Of a stretch of DNA of 64,000 nt, positions 54,801 through 64,000 are shown one piece after another. Position 1 is the first letter of the stretch, and each line of letters begins with the position of its first letter. Location of the stretch: positions 25,358,001-25,422,000 of the forward strand of contig NC_092351.1 of assembly GCF_963676685.1 (NCBI RefSeq), written 5' to 3'. The notes under the pieces were generated by a model. The model made no database searches. It saw nothing but the letters and a program-made list of their open reading frames with translations, and was not told the DNA's origin. The position numbers were made by a program, and so were the translations under genes. This stretch comes from Mytilus edulis (Eukaryota).

Positions 54801-56057
54801 TTTTGAAGACGAAACGCGCATCTGACGTAAATACAAAATTTCCATCCTGATATCTATGATGAGTTTATTCATATATCCCCAGCTTTCAATTTTTGTTTTG
54901 TTTTGTTTAAACGTTTCCAATACAGGTATACGTATTCTGAAAGGCTCTTTCAGCGCTCCACATTTGTAACAAAATGTTTCATTTTCATTGTCTGGTACGG
55001 CTTCAGATTGAGTGTTCTTTTTGAGCTTATCACTAGAAGAAGGTGCATTAAAATGATTTATTACACACTTTTTAACATTTTTTGTTCATTAATTCAGTTA
55101 ATTTAAGAAACTTGAATTTCAACTTATTAGGGAAAGTTGACCCTAGATGGTTATAATTATTTAATTTGTCGGGTATATTGTTTACACACAACTTAATTTT
55201 TTTGTTTGTTTTTAACACTCCTGATAAATGTGAATCTAGCGCTTTAGACACACAAAATGTATTATCCGCGCTTTCAACAGCGAGTGGTGTACAGTGGAAG
55301 AATGACAAAACGACTTTAAGGACAGGCAATCATACTTTAGCATATCATGGACTTTTTAAGTTTCTTGCATTCATTATTAATTCAGAATACGTTGACTGTT
55401 CTGCAAAGTCTGAACACTTTTAGTAAATATGACCCATGTTGTGTATTTTTTTAAATTTAAATACATGCATAGTTTGGAATTTGGTATGTAATAAAAGATT
55501 AGATATCAATCAAACGACGCAAGTTTTCCTCAAATATACATTACGAGATCACCACAAAGAGTTCAGAGATGTACAGACTTAACACATCAAACACTAGCAA
55601 GACAGTCTTCACAACTAGATGCGATTCGAAAAAAAGATACTAAAAATCAGCAAAAGAAAACCACGAACGACAATTATACCAACAAAAGACTTCATCTATG
55701 GAAAGTCAAAATCCTGCATCAACTGTTTCTTTAAAGCTTATAAACCTCGATTATAGAATGATATTGTATCTTTTACTTTTTCAGAAATTTAAGAGAACAA
55801 GTGAAGATTTCAAAATAATGCAAAAGTACCCAGAAGTAGTTAAATATATAGAAAAATGTACAGAACTTTTCTGGCTTATGCGAACGATTGATCCCCCAAT
55901 GGTACTGAAATGGCCAGAAGGTGGCGAAGTCTTAAACGTTACTTTATATAACCATTACAACAAAAAGGGTGATAAGGTTTCATACGCTGTCTGGCCTGCT
56001 GTATTGTTACATGAAGGAGGAGCAGTAATGTATAAAGGGTTTGCCAAACCACAATAG
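27658..56057 (+). CDS. Gene C: MIEAP-like domain protein, 429 aa; join(27658..27813,32299..32493,37430..37689,46956..47163,50051..50137,52445..52555,55785..56057)
   Basis: Seven GT-AG exons total 1290 nt in one frame, with the same phases as gene B; each exon aligns by eye with its B counterpart; LSDKNRPTKIAENF and WLMRTIDPPM...VWPAVLLHEGGAVMYKGFA motifs. Confidence 0.88.
31035..31292. mobile_element. Short Helentron/HINE-like fragment
   Basis: tttttatgctcc...(gtcc)n microsatellite...cttgttt arrangement. Confidence 0.5.
32299..32493 (+). CDS. Gene C coding exon 2: FSKFIREYK...LRTDLYRALRER...EFYFLFRLSEEYDLLE...NQ
   Basis: Polypyrimidine tract plus ttag acceptor, CAG|gttagt donor, 65 codons. 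Confidence 0.8.
33590..33900. repeat. Fragment of a DNA-transposon end rich in (tg)ctgcag repeats
   Basis: Starts cactgaaaaaa; many tgctgcag/ctgcagca motifs; no matching right end found. Confidence 0.5.
34014..34055 (+). ncRNA. Hammerhead motif with mutated core (CUGAUUA), retrozyme fragment
   Basis: cgtca-ctgatta-gtcttttgtagac-gaaa-cgcgcg-tc-tggcg. Confidence 0.55.
34258..35219. mobile_element. Degenerate TGT...ACA non-autonomous DNA element with tgtcc/ggaca repeats
   Basis: Imperfect ~45-bp TIRs tgtaagacataatagtgtcc... / ...ggacattattaaattctaca. Confidence 0.55.
35225..35406. repeat. Short interspersed element made of (t)cggga repeats
   Basis: About 9 ttcgggat-like motifs in 180 bp. Confidence 0.55.
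35410..35830 (-). mobile_element. tRNA-derived SINE-like repeat (tRNA-like head 35648-35740)
   Basis: - strand gccaaggTGGTCGTGTGGtctagcgcg...GGTTCGAATCCcgg gives Pol III A and B boxes; the acceptor stem does not close. Confidence 0.65.
36255..36822 (-). mobile_element. Degenerate Penelope-like 3' fragment (same family as 1885-2390)
   Basis: Reverse complement of 36715-36820 encodes a frameshifted DFSF.IVNFPFLCSNIPVAP..GVYI.QLIRYS. Confidence 0.6.
36890..37125. repeat. ~122-bp tandem duplication
   Basis: tttctaaaacagaataataaaatgcttc...cttaagttgcagaa present twice. Confidence 0.75.
37430..37689 (+). CDS. Gene C coding exon 3 (Q/S/T-rich linker plus coiled coil)
   Basis: taaag acceptor, AG|gtacgt donor, phase 2; ORF 37433-37705. 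Confidence 0.8.
38287..39829. mobile_element. Non-autonomous PIF/Harbinger-like element (TTA TSD)
   Basis: Perfect TIRs gggaacgaccatttgatattc / gaatatcaaatggtcgttccc with tta on both flanks. Confidence 0.8.
40641..41330 (+). pseudogene. DIRS gag-like ORF1, frameshifted
   Basis: RQKLIKLTDSSELGWRVGKEYTTYPIADDSEDEKKM and degenerate knuckle CFNRGNKRHWANDC. Confidence 0.8.
41500..43320 (+). pseudogene. DIRS RT / RNase H / methyltransferase-like ORF, with stops and frameshifts
   Basis: FDIRSAYHH, VLPFGI, MFLDDGL; FCDASD, SSTWREL, TDNQNV, ADKLSR; WGPYTIDRFA...DAFSQNW...N*LVPPP...SAPFWP. Confidence 0.88.
43334..44356 (+). pseudogene. DIRS tyrosine recombinase, frameshifted
   Basis: GFLRYDEL, SKTDQYRQG, LHSLRAGSATAAA, RHGRW and KDGY supply the R-K-HxxR-H-Y residues. 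Confidence 0.88.
45159..45560 (+). mobile_element. Degenerate LINE ORF1-like fragment
   Basis: ELQWRSMNNNIIISGI...VHRF...IMTKFVSLKDKQLV...KLKGTNISV.EQFP...RRKNLY resembles the L1/L2-type ORF1 RRM-CTD. Confidence 0.7.
46956..47163 (+). CDS. Gene C coding exon 4
   Basis: tctag acceptor, AAG|gtatga donor; LTEGNPNFTDLSDKNRPTKIAENFHAVYDDEW. Confidence 0.9.
47649..47690 (+). ncRNA. Type I hammerhead motif with intact core and one stem I mismatch, in retrozyme-like copy 47362-47723
   Basis: cgtca-CTGATGA-gtcttgtgtagac-GAAA-cgcgcg-TC-tagcg. Confidence 0.7.
47960..48650. mobile_element. Helentron/HINE copy (family of 20808-21545) interrupted by a SINE-like fragment at about 48045-48188
   Basis: Long similarity to 20885-21545, including (gacg)n and the terminal hairpin. 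Confidence 0.75.
50051..50137 (+). CDS. Gene C coding exon 5: EIYKFCCSTATDQTLNIAMNILKPYAIDT
   Basis: ttttgtag acceptor, gtgagt donor, 29 codons; matches the Y-x-F/W-C-x3-A-x2-Q pattern of A and B. Confidence 0.8.
50185..51248. mobile_element. Helentron/HINE-like element carrying a ~191-bp tandem array
   Basis: 5' palindrome gggttccgcggaaccc; units with cttctggatactatcttatgatca at 50666, 50857 and 51049; (gac)n; terminal hairpin ttcgactaaagtcgaa. Confidence 0.75.
52445..52555 (+). CDS. Gene C coding exon 6: QQPGGKDDGK...IKLLRREYCMEPIANITE
   Basis: ttag|cag tandem acceptor, GAG|gtttgt donor, 37 codons. Confidence 0.75.
52856..53705 (-). mobile_element. Head-to-tail retrozyme-like dimer (monomer about 365 nt) with a 228-bp SINE-like insertion at 53118-53345
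   Basis: Two hammerhead motifs at 52887-52928 and 53480-53521; tandem repetition of the flanking sequence. Confidence 0.8.
52887..52928 (-). ncRNA. Intact type I hammerhead ribozyme motif
   Basis: Reverse complement cguca-CUGAUGA-gucu(uuugu)agac-GAAA-cgcgcg-UC-uggcg: stem I, stem II, full core, GUC site, short palindromic stem III. Confidence 0.8.
54786..54827 (+). ncRNA. Degenerate hammerhead motif (CUGAUCA) in retrozyme-like copy 54525-54870
   Basis: cgtca-ctgatca-gtcttttgaagac-gaaa-cgcgca-tc-tgacg. Confidence 0.5.
55785..56057 (+). CDS. Gene C last exon: MIEAP-like C-terminal domain
   Basis: ttttcag acceptor; within ORF 55698-56057; TAG stop; AATAAA at 56207. Confidence 0.9.
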   Translation, partial: KFKRTSEDFKIMQKYPEVVKYIEKCTELFWLMRTIDPPMVLKWPEGGEVLNVTLYNHYNKKGDKVSYAVWPAVLLHEGGAVMYKGFAKPQ

Positions 56058-56906
56058 AAAATTTTAGTTTACAGAACTTTGTCCATAAATACTGTACATA
56101 TTACTTTATTTATTAGATGTTCTTTTTTTTTTATTATTAAACTTGTTGCACATTTCTAACTACAGCTATAATATTGTTAGATTTATCTGAAGCGTTTTTG
56201 TAAAACAATAAAAATACATCAAAGCTTTCATGAATATTTCAGATTTCTTGTACCTGTTATCAATTTTCGGAATTTATTCCATTTTACCTTACCTACAATT
56301 TAAGTATATAAGATTCTGTCTATACTAGACTTCAATTTGCTTCTTTCGTCGCGTCATACCATCTAGATATTTAGGGATGAAAGTCAAAATTAATAACTGA
56401 AATAGTTCCAGGGATATATTTCTGTTGGTGTTTGAATTCGACTACTTGGATAAATCATATTGAATCTACCTATTATATATAAAACGTGTGTGTGAATGGT
56501 CTTTTTATTCGAAATAACGAATGCGTATAATATAGGATATAGAGTTAGATAGTCAACACGATATAAAAATTTAAACGTAAAAGTCACTCGAACTCGAACA
56601 TCTCAAATACAACAAGTTGAAGATTGCCATCACGACAAGCACATGAAATTCCTCTTCAAGAAAACTTAACATTCAACAGAGGAACCTGAAAAGACATTAC
56701 AAAAATAATTTCATTACAAATACTGCATCTTTATAACTACACGTATAAGACAGATAATTTAAGTTTTTACAAGGACGTTTCGTGGTTGGGTTTATAAATG
56801 TATGACTTGGAAGACATATCTGATCTTATACAACTTTTGGGAATTTTGGAACCTCAATGCTCTTCAACTTTGTACTTGTTTGGCTTTTTAACTATTTTGA
56901 TCTGAC

Positions 56907-56948
56907 TGTCACTGATGAGTCTTTTGTAGACAAAACGCGCGTCTGGCG
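56907..56948 (+). ncRNA. Degenerate hammerhead motif (GAAA changed to AAAA) in retrozyme-like copy 56829-56985
   Basis: tgtca-ctgatga-gtcttttgtagac-aaaa-cgcgcg-tc-tggcg. Confidence 0.5.
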
Positions 56949-57725
56949 TATTAAATTATAATCCTTGTACCTTTGATAACTATTTACTATTTTAAAGGCT
57001 CACAGTAAATTTTGTAAACTACTTTCATGTTTAAAAAGACACACCAAAAATATTGACATCGATAATTCTGGCGATATAACATTTGAAACTAAAATGGTAC
57101 CTCGAGTATAGTAACGTTTGAACGAAATGCAGTGTAAAACCTTCATATGTATATACTATGACAAAAGTAAATTTACACTCGACAAAAAACTCATTAAGTA
57201 TTGCATATTTATAATTAGCCTGACGCAAAGTTGACCTGACTAAAATCGGCAACTCTTGTTATGTCCCTTTGGTCATAAAACTAACAATTCTACGTACTTT
57301 TACACCCCTGATGTTCAAAAGCGTAGTTTTTAGCGTTCCTGATACCGCGCTGAAGTACGTACATTATTCATTTTTTATTATTCAAAATTCAATAATGAAT
57401 AACTAAATAGTTCACTATTCACTTTTCAATGTTAAGTGATGAATAATGAATGATGAAATAGTTTATATAATTTCATTATTCAAGTTGAAGTGATGAATAG
57501 CGAAATAAAGATAAAAAAAAAAATGTATGACACTATAGCTATATCTCTTATTTCTAAATTCGTCATTTTGATGTTATCTAACAAATATTCAAATCAATAT
57601 CAGAAAAAAAAAACACTCTTTAAATCTTTAATCTTATTTACTTATTTAGTTTCGGGGATAAACTAGTGGGGTTTCCTAACTATTTTTAACAGAAATTCCT
57701 TGGTTGAATGTATGGACGACCTCAG

Positions 57726-58546
57726 TACCAGAACATATATATCAAAATTAAAACACTCTACGTTGTCTTCTTTTATTTTCACTGGACCTTTGCTATTCTT
57801 CATCCTCTGATTAAAGATATAACAAGTCAACTGTGCAGCAATGACCATAAGAGGGGTAACGGAGGACCTAAATGGCAAAATACGCATGAAAATTAAGAAA
57901 TAGTCAATTTTAAATAATGAAATAGATATTTTGAATTATGGAATAAACTGCTGTGACCCTTCAGCCCCTAATTACAGATATATCTTATACCTTATTCGAA
58001 ACCTTATTAAGATTATTTTGCCATTTAGGTCCTCCGTAACCCCTCTCATGGTCATTGCGGCACATAGTGTTTATTCTCAGTTTATTACTCTATCAATAAG
58101 CTTTAATTTGGTGTATATGTTTTTCCTTAATTAGGAGCAGACGGCTTTCAGCAGTCCATTCCATTATTCAAAATAAACTATTTCTCAATGTTCACGCGTA
58201 TTTCGATATAAGTCCTCTAATATGCGTTGCGGAACGTATTGACTATATACATTTTGTTCCTCTGTTAATAAGCTTTCAAATGAGGTATATACCTGTAGGT
58301 ATATCTGTAATTAGGGGCTGAAGGGTCATAGCAGTCCGTTCCATTATTCAAAATATCCATTTTATTATTCCAAATTGGCTATTTCTTAATTTTCACGCGT
58401 ATTTTGGTCCTATGTAACCCCTCTAATGGTCATTGTTGCACAATCGACTTGTTATATCTATAGTCAGATGATGAAGAATAGCAAAGTTCCAGTAAAAATA
58501 AGAAAGACAACGTAGAGTATTTTAATTATATATATATGTTTTGGTA
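57726..58546. repeat. Foldback-like inverted repeat with ~255-bp imperfect arms
   Basis: 57726-57982 is the reverse complement of about 58300-58546; partial extra copies lie between the arms. Confidence 0.8.
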
Positions 58547-59807
58547 TAAATTACTTGGATGACAAATCTTGCAGTTTTTCTAAAGATGAATTTGTTGTAT
58601 GAGAACTAATAGTCGCGTTTTAAAATGTTAAAGTTTGAAATGACAGATGAACTATCTACAATACTAGGAATGAGGAACATACATATTTTTCCCTAAAGTA
58701 TCCCAACTCTCTTCATAAGATTATAATCGTAAAAGATCCCAACTGTAAGAAATACTGATAGCACAGGTTGACAATCTACAATAATTCTGCATGCTATATA
58801 AGAAAGAAAAAAATCTTAAACAATTTTAATGTTCGTGCATATTCGCTTAGAGTATAAAATTAACAGCTATATCAAAATATAACTAAATCCTTCGCTTATA
58901 GTTTTCTATTTTCTTCTATCATAAGTAAAATTTTGGTTAATTACCAACCACTTTGTCTACTGTTCTGAATTAAAATACAAAGACTGTTTTTGCACTGGCA
59001 TATATAATTATATAGGTCAATATCTTTACAAAATCCTTTTGTAGTCAATATCATATTGTGGAAAATGACTAGCAAAGATCAATTTTTATGTCACTGAAGA
59101 CAAAAGGTACTAAAACAAATTCTGATCATGATTCAAAGAATTTTCCTGAGGTGGTTCTGAAGAGCCTCTTGAGATTGATATACAAATATAAAGCTGTCGT
59201 CAATGTCACCATTCAATACGCTGTCTGTCTGAAATATAACTGCATAATCAATTGTTAAAGATAATGCTAAGCATATATTCTGTAACTACATGAATACAAG
59301 TATGGCTGGTACTAATAAAATAAAACAAGGAATTCAAAAGAGGGGCGAAAGATACCAGATAACCAATAAATAGAAAATAAACTGCCAATGTCATGGCTAA
59401 AAAGAAAAAAGACAAACAGACAAACAGACAAATAAAAAGTACACAAGACATAAAACATGTAATATAGAAAACTGAAGACTAAGCAACACGAACCCCACCA
59501 AAAACTGGGAGTAGAATTTTGCTAAATTCATAAACACTAATTTAAAGTAGTTAGATCAAATCAGGAATGTCATGGTAGTACATGTAGGTATTGTTTAATC
59601 GTAAATTTTCAGAAACAAATGAATATCATTTAAAGTCAGCTTAAGCAGATTTCGCAGTAAGTCTACTCATGATCGCCTCTTATCGTCTGTCTTCGTCGTC
59701 TGTTAACTTTTGCAAAAGTCTTGTCTTCGAAATTATTGTGTGAAATTGAAACCATTACATATCATTTTGATAACAGTTATCAAACGTACCAGGATTATAA
59801 TATAATA

Positions 59808-59849
59808 CGCCAGAAGCGCGTTTCGTCTACATAAGACTCATCAGTGATG
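59808..59849 (-). ncRNA. Hammerhead motif with altered stem III / cleavage triplet
   Basis: Reverse complement catca-ctgatga-gtcttatgtagac-gaaa-cgcgct-tc-tggcg. Confidence 0.5.
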
Positions 59850-60273
59850 CTCAGATCAAAATAGTGATAATATATTGATAAACAAAATTTAAGGGTTTAC
59901 AATTACACTGTAAAAAAAAACCCAACAAGGAACACGTCAGAATGGTAATTTGATTTTGCGCGTTTATTTGTTATATTATTCTAACCTTATTGTATCAATT
60001 TCACGCAAAAAATACCAGATGAATCATAAGTGAAATTCATGTGAAATTCATGCAAAATTCACGCCTCACGGTACCACATGTTAATGAAGGACCTAACTAT
60101 ATGATGAGAACCATGAGAGTGTGTTAAGGATGACATAGGCGGCTATTAAGGGAACTTTTGGACACGAAAATATACCATACATTTTCAAATTTGATGAATA
60201 ATTCTAAACAGTAACTAATTACTAACAGAATCTTCCTAATCCACATAATTTGATATCTCAGTAAGTTACCTAA

Positions 60274-60892
60274 AGGGCATACGATACTGTTTTGTTCCCG
60301 TATTGAAATTTCGATAAAATTTCCCATACGGACTATATTTTACTCATTAAATCAAATATGTAATACAAATTTACCTTCATGTTCTACTTTTTGAGTAAAT
60401 TGAGGTTGAAATTTAAGAGATTTCCTCAAAATTCGGATTTGTGGACGTATTTTTCCTTTCTACAGAAATACATAACTTTTTTGGGAAAAGATAAACACAA
60501 GCTGTTTTTTGTTAAATTATTTGTAATTTCCTTTTTATATAATTTGTTCTATAAATTTGTACATTTTATATTTACAAATAACTCATATTTATCAAATGTT
60601 CATGAATGTAGAAAAATAACGCAATTTAATTTTTCTGCTGTATATTTATCAAATTTAAAAAAAAAATTGCACCATTGACTTATTCATAACAGTTGGTATA
60701 CATAATCTTCAAACGATATCAAACTAAAAAAGAGAGGGTCCATCAATTCGTTTTCAAGTTAATATTAGTTTGAAATTATAAAAATCAGTCGAAAACTGCA
60801 TATTTTCGCGATAAGTCACAGTTTGATGTCGCGAAAATAACAATTTACGTCAGCAATGTCATTACCTCCCCTGTAAATGTATCGTATGCCCT
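60274..60892. mobile_element. Non-autonomous DNA element with short TIRs (possibly Kolobok-like)
   Basis: agggcatacgatac ... gtatcgtatgccct in a TA-rich context; TSD imperfect. Confidence 0.55.
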
Positions 60893-61580
60893 TAATGCAC
60901 TTCTGGCGTATTAAATTTTTTTTAAAACTTGTTGCTTTTTGTTAGCTATTATTTGTGTTAATTTGTCAATTGTGTTCTCCTATTTATTTATATTGTAGTC
61001 CTGTAATGTTGTGTTGTCATTTTAATGTTATATTTCACATGGCCATAAAAGAGGGAGGTTTGGTATGCCACAAAACCAGGTCCAACCCACCATTTTTTCC
61101 TTGAAAAATGTCCTGTACCAAGTCAGGCATATGGCCATTGTTATATTATAGTTCGTTTCTGTGTGTGTTACATTTTAACGTTGTGTTTCCGTTGTGTCGT
61201 TTGTTTACTATAAGACGTGTCACGGTACTTATCTATCCCAAATTCATGTATTTGGTTTTGATGTTATATTTGTTATTCTCATAGGATTTTGTCTAATGCT
61301 TAGTCCGTTTCTGTTTGTGTGTGTGTGTGTGTGTTACATTTTAATGTGTCGTTGTTCTCCTCTTATATTTAATGCGTTTCCCTCAGTTTTAGTTTGTTAC
61401 CCCGATTTAGTTTTTTGTCCATGGATTTATGAGTTTTTAACAGCGGTATACTACTGTTGCCTTTACTTAAACAGTTACTTTATTTCAACATTGAAGATAA
61501 TCAATACAATAAAAATAAACAAAATTTACCTGTGTGTTTGTACTATGTGCGGTGCAGTTTTACTTCCTGTCATTCACAAA

Positions 61581-62368
61581 ATGGCACAGATTCAATCAAA
61601 CAAATGTAAAACATGTGAAAAGGATAATGCTTCCTATTTTTGTTATGAATGTCAGTATTACTTATGCGAACCATGCAAATTATTACATGACAAGTTCCTT
61701 AAAAAACACACTGTTACAGAATCATACAAAATAGATAAATCAGTGTTTGCTTCGATACTTAAATGTGGACGACACGACCTTGAATTCGCACATTATTGTA
61801 AGGATTGTAAATGCTTGACATGTTCAGAATGTACAACTTCGGGTCACAAGAGTCATGAGTTCACTAACGTGTCAGAAGTAGCTGCTAATATTCGGACGGA
61901 TCTTAATGAAGCCAACTGCAAGGCGAAAGCGAAACTAGAAATTCTGTCGAGACTGATAGAAGAGATTCAAAATGTGAAGATGAAAAAAGTAAAAGCGGAA
62001 AATGATCAATTTGTAAAAGAAGCACGTAAAATTGAGAGAGAATTAATACGAATTATTGAAACCGTCACAGAGCAAAATGTCAATCGTGCGTCTGATATCC
62101 TTGTCTTGGAACAACAAAACTTAAACTCTGAAATTGCAAATTTAAAGAAACTACAAATGAACTGTAGATCGGTCACTGAGACAATAGAGCAGGTGATGAA
62201 AATAAAACATGACATGACATTTTATGTTCAGCATGAGTCGTTAACAAAAGACAAAGTAGAAACTGATAGTATCCCAACGATAAAAGATACAAATAAGATT
62301 GAAGATTTCAAAGCAGAAGAGTTTATTGGCCACGTTATTGAAAGCATTCAATCCAAGTACAGTATCAG
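61581..62368 (+). CDS. First coding exon of a RING-less B-box1/B-box2/coiled-coil (TRIM-like) protein, 3'-partial
   Basis: aaaATGG start; CKTC...FCYECQYYLCEPCKLLH...H (B-box1); CGRH...YCKDC..LTCSEC...GHKSH (B-box2); long helical region; CAG|gtaact donor at 62369. Confidence 0.85.
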
Positions 62369-64000
62369 GTAACTTCTTTAAGAATAGTAAACGTGACTTA
62401 GAAGAACGCTAAAATAGAGGCATATAGTTTCACTCTTTTTATTGATATTTCAGATGTGATGTATATATAGAATGAATCATTATTTCTTGGAGTCATGTTT
62501 TTTAATTGCGTTTGACCAAAACAAATGCTATTAAATTTGCAAACAGGAACACTAGTCTTACTTGATTAGAAAAATAATGAACGTTTAGAAAAAATTATAT
62601 GGGTTAAATTTGATTCACTTTATATTTTTTTTTTTTTATTTTCAATTACAAAAAAATACATATTCAAGGTGAAAAGAATTTAAAAACATATGATACTTCA
62701 ATTCACTAAAAACAAATTGAATAATATTTGTATTCTTGAATGGTTAAGTTTTATACAAATACACACGAACAAGGAGTTTCGTTTTAAAGGAAATTGTTCA
62801 TTTGATCAAAAATTTCTAACATGTATTACTTTTGAATTAGTGCCTCATGTACTCTGTTTTGACGGTAGCTTTATGTAATGACCTTAACCATGAGCCCTCT
62901 CGTTATTACTTCGGGACCCGCGCAATAAAAACAGCCGAGATCACAGAAAAGAATAAACGTGGAATTTAGAACATCTGTTGTTTAATTGATTCTAAAAGAA
63001 AAACAATCATTAACAAATCAATTAACTGCTGTTATTAGAAAGTTTTTTTTAACAAATAGAATAGAATGGAAACTATACAAGAAACAACACTGTATGCTGC
63101 ATGTTTATCATCTCAATTATTGTTCAGATGCTTCTTCCATGAATCTATTTTCATTGTGTATCAAGTTCAAGTTCGGTAAACTTCGTCAATAAAACAGGAA
63201 TGTAAATAAGCAAGCAAAGTTTTTACTGAATGAAATATGAAATATTATTTTAGCAAATAGCAACAACCGTGCACAGAAGCCTCCGTTTAATTCATCTCAT
63301 TGTGTTTCGTGTTAACATTAACGATAACATATTTGCTGCATCAGGTGAGGCGCTTTTCGACAGAGCGAAGAGCATTTTCCAACCTTAAAATACAGTAAAG
63401 CCAAACACGGGCGATAATTTAATTGACATTTTTGTTTTGAAGAATCTCGTTTTATATGATTTAATAATTTATTATTTCATTTGACTTGAAATGTATTACG
63501 ATTTAGATAATTGTCCTACGACCTTTAGAAAACACCTCAATTATCGTAAAACATATCGTTCAAATGATTTTTGGTCATAAAATCTAAGATCGCATGAGTT
63601 TACACCTTTTGTTGGATTTGAATGGCTTAATTTTTATGATTTATCGGTAATGCTTCTTGAACTGTTGTCTGTTAATCCTTCTTTAAATGTTAGTTCTTAA
63701 GGGGACTCTCGGGAATAAATCATGCCTTTTTTTTTAAATATAGGATTTCGCTATATTTTTCTATAAATGAACTTTATCATATACTTAAAAGAAAAATAAA
63801 ATAAAAAAAATGGGGTCATCGTTTATTTAAGCCCACAATTTTTGTACAAGTACTTTTTTTCTGTTGAACTAATAAAAATGAAATTGAGGTAATATCGAAA
63901 TAAAAAGAAATCTAAATTACAGAAATCGCTTTAATTTTACAATAGTTTAGTTTGAGTACAGCTTATTTGATTATAATGATAAAAAATATAGGTCACCGAT

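Noticed and set aside
61194-61545. Hydrophobic N-terminal extension of the 392-aa ORF
   Set aside because: Lies largely in a SINE-like repeat (reverse complement of the family at 53118-53345) and begins at GTG; the better start is ATG 61581.

Overview
AT-rich, intron-containing animal DNA. The repeat content suggests a bivalve, most likely a Mytilus-type mussel (inference from recognised repeat families, not from a search). Manual splicing recovers a tandem + strand cluster of three strongly diverged paralogues ending in a MIEAP/SPATA18-type C-terminal domain: gene A (5'-truncated, coding 59-3498), gene B (9738-19024, 446 aa) and gene C (27658-56057, 429 aa). They share the same intron phases, and B and C share an N-terminal domain I cannot assign to a family. 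The first coding exon of a RING-less B-box/coiled-coil (TRIM-like) gene follows at 61581-62368. Most other ORFs in the track are spurious. Introns and spacers hold many mobile elements: a degenerate PAT/DIRS tyrosine-recombinase retrotransposon with split direct repeats and a methyltransferase-like domain (40456-45158); a 3.7-kb non-autonomous element with CACGGTG termini and a 5-bp TSD, typical of Transib/RAG-like transposons (22735-26469); nine copies of a retrozyme-like repeat carrying type I hammerhead ribozyme motifs; Penelope-like and LINE fragments; Helitron/Helentron derivatives; MITEs; SINEs; and minisatellites.
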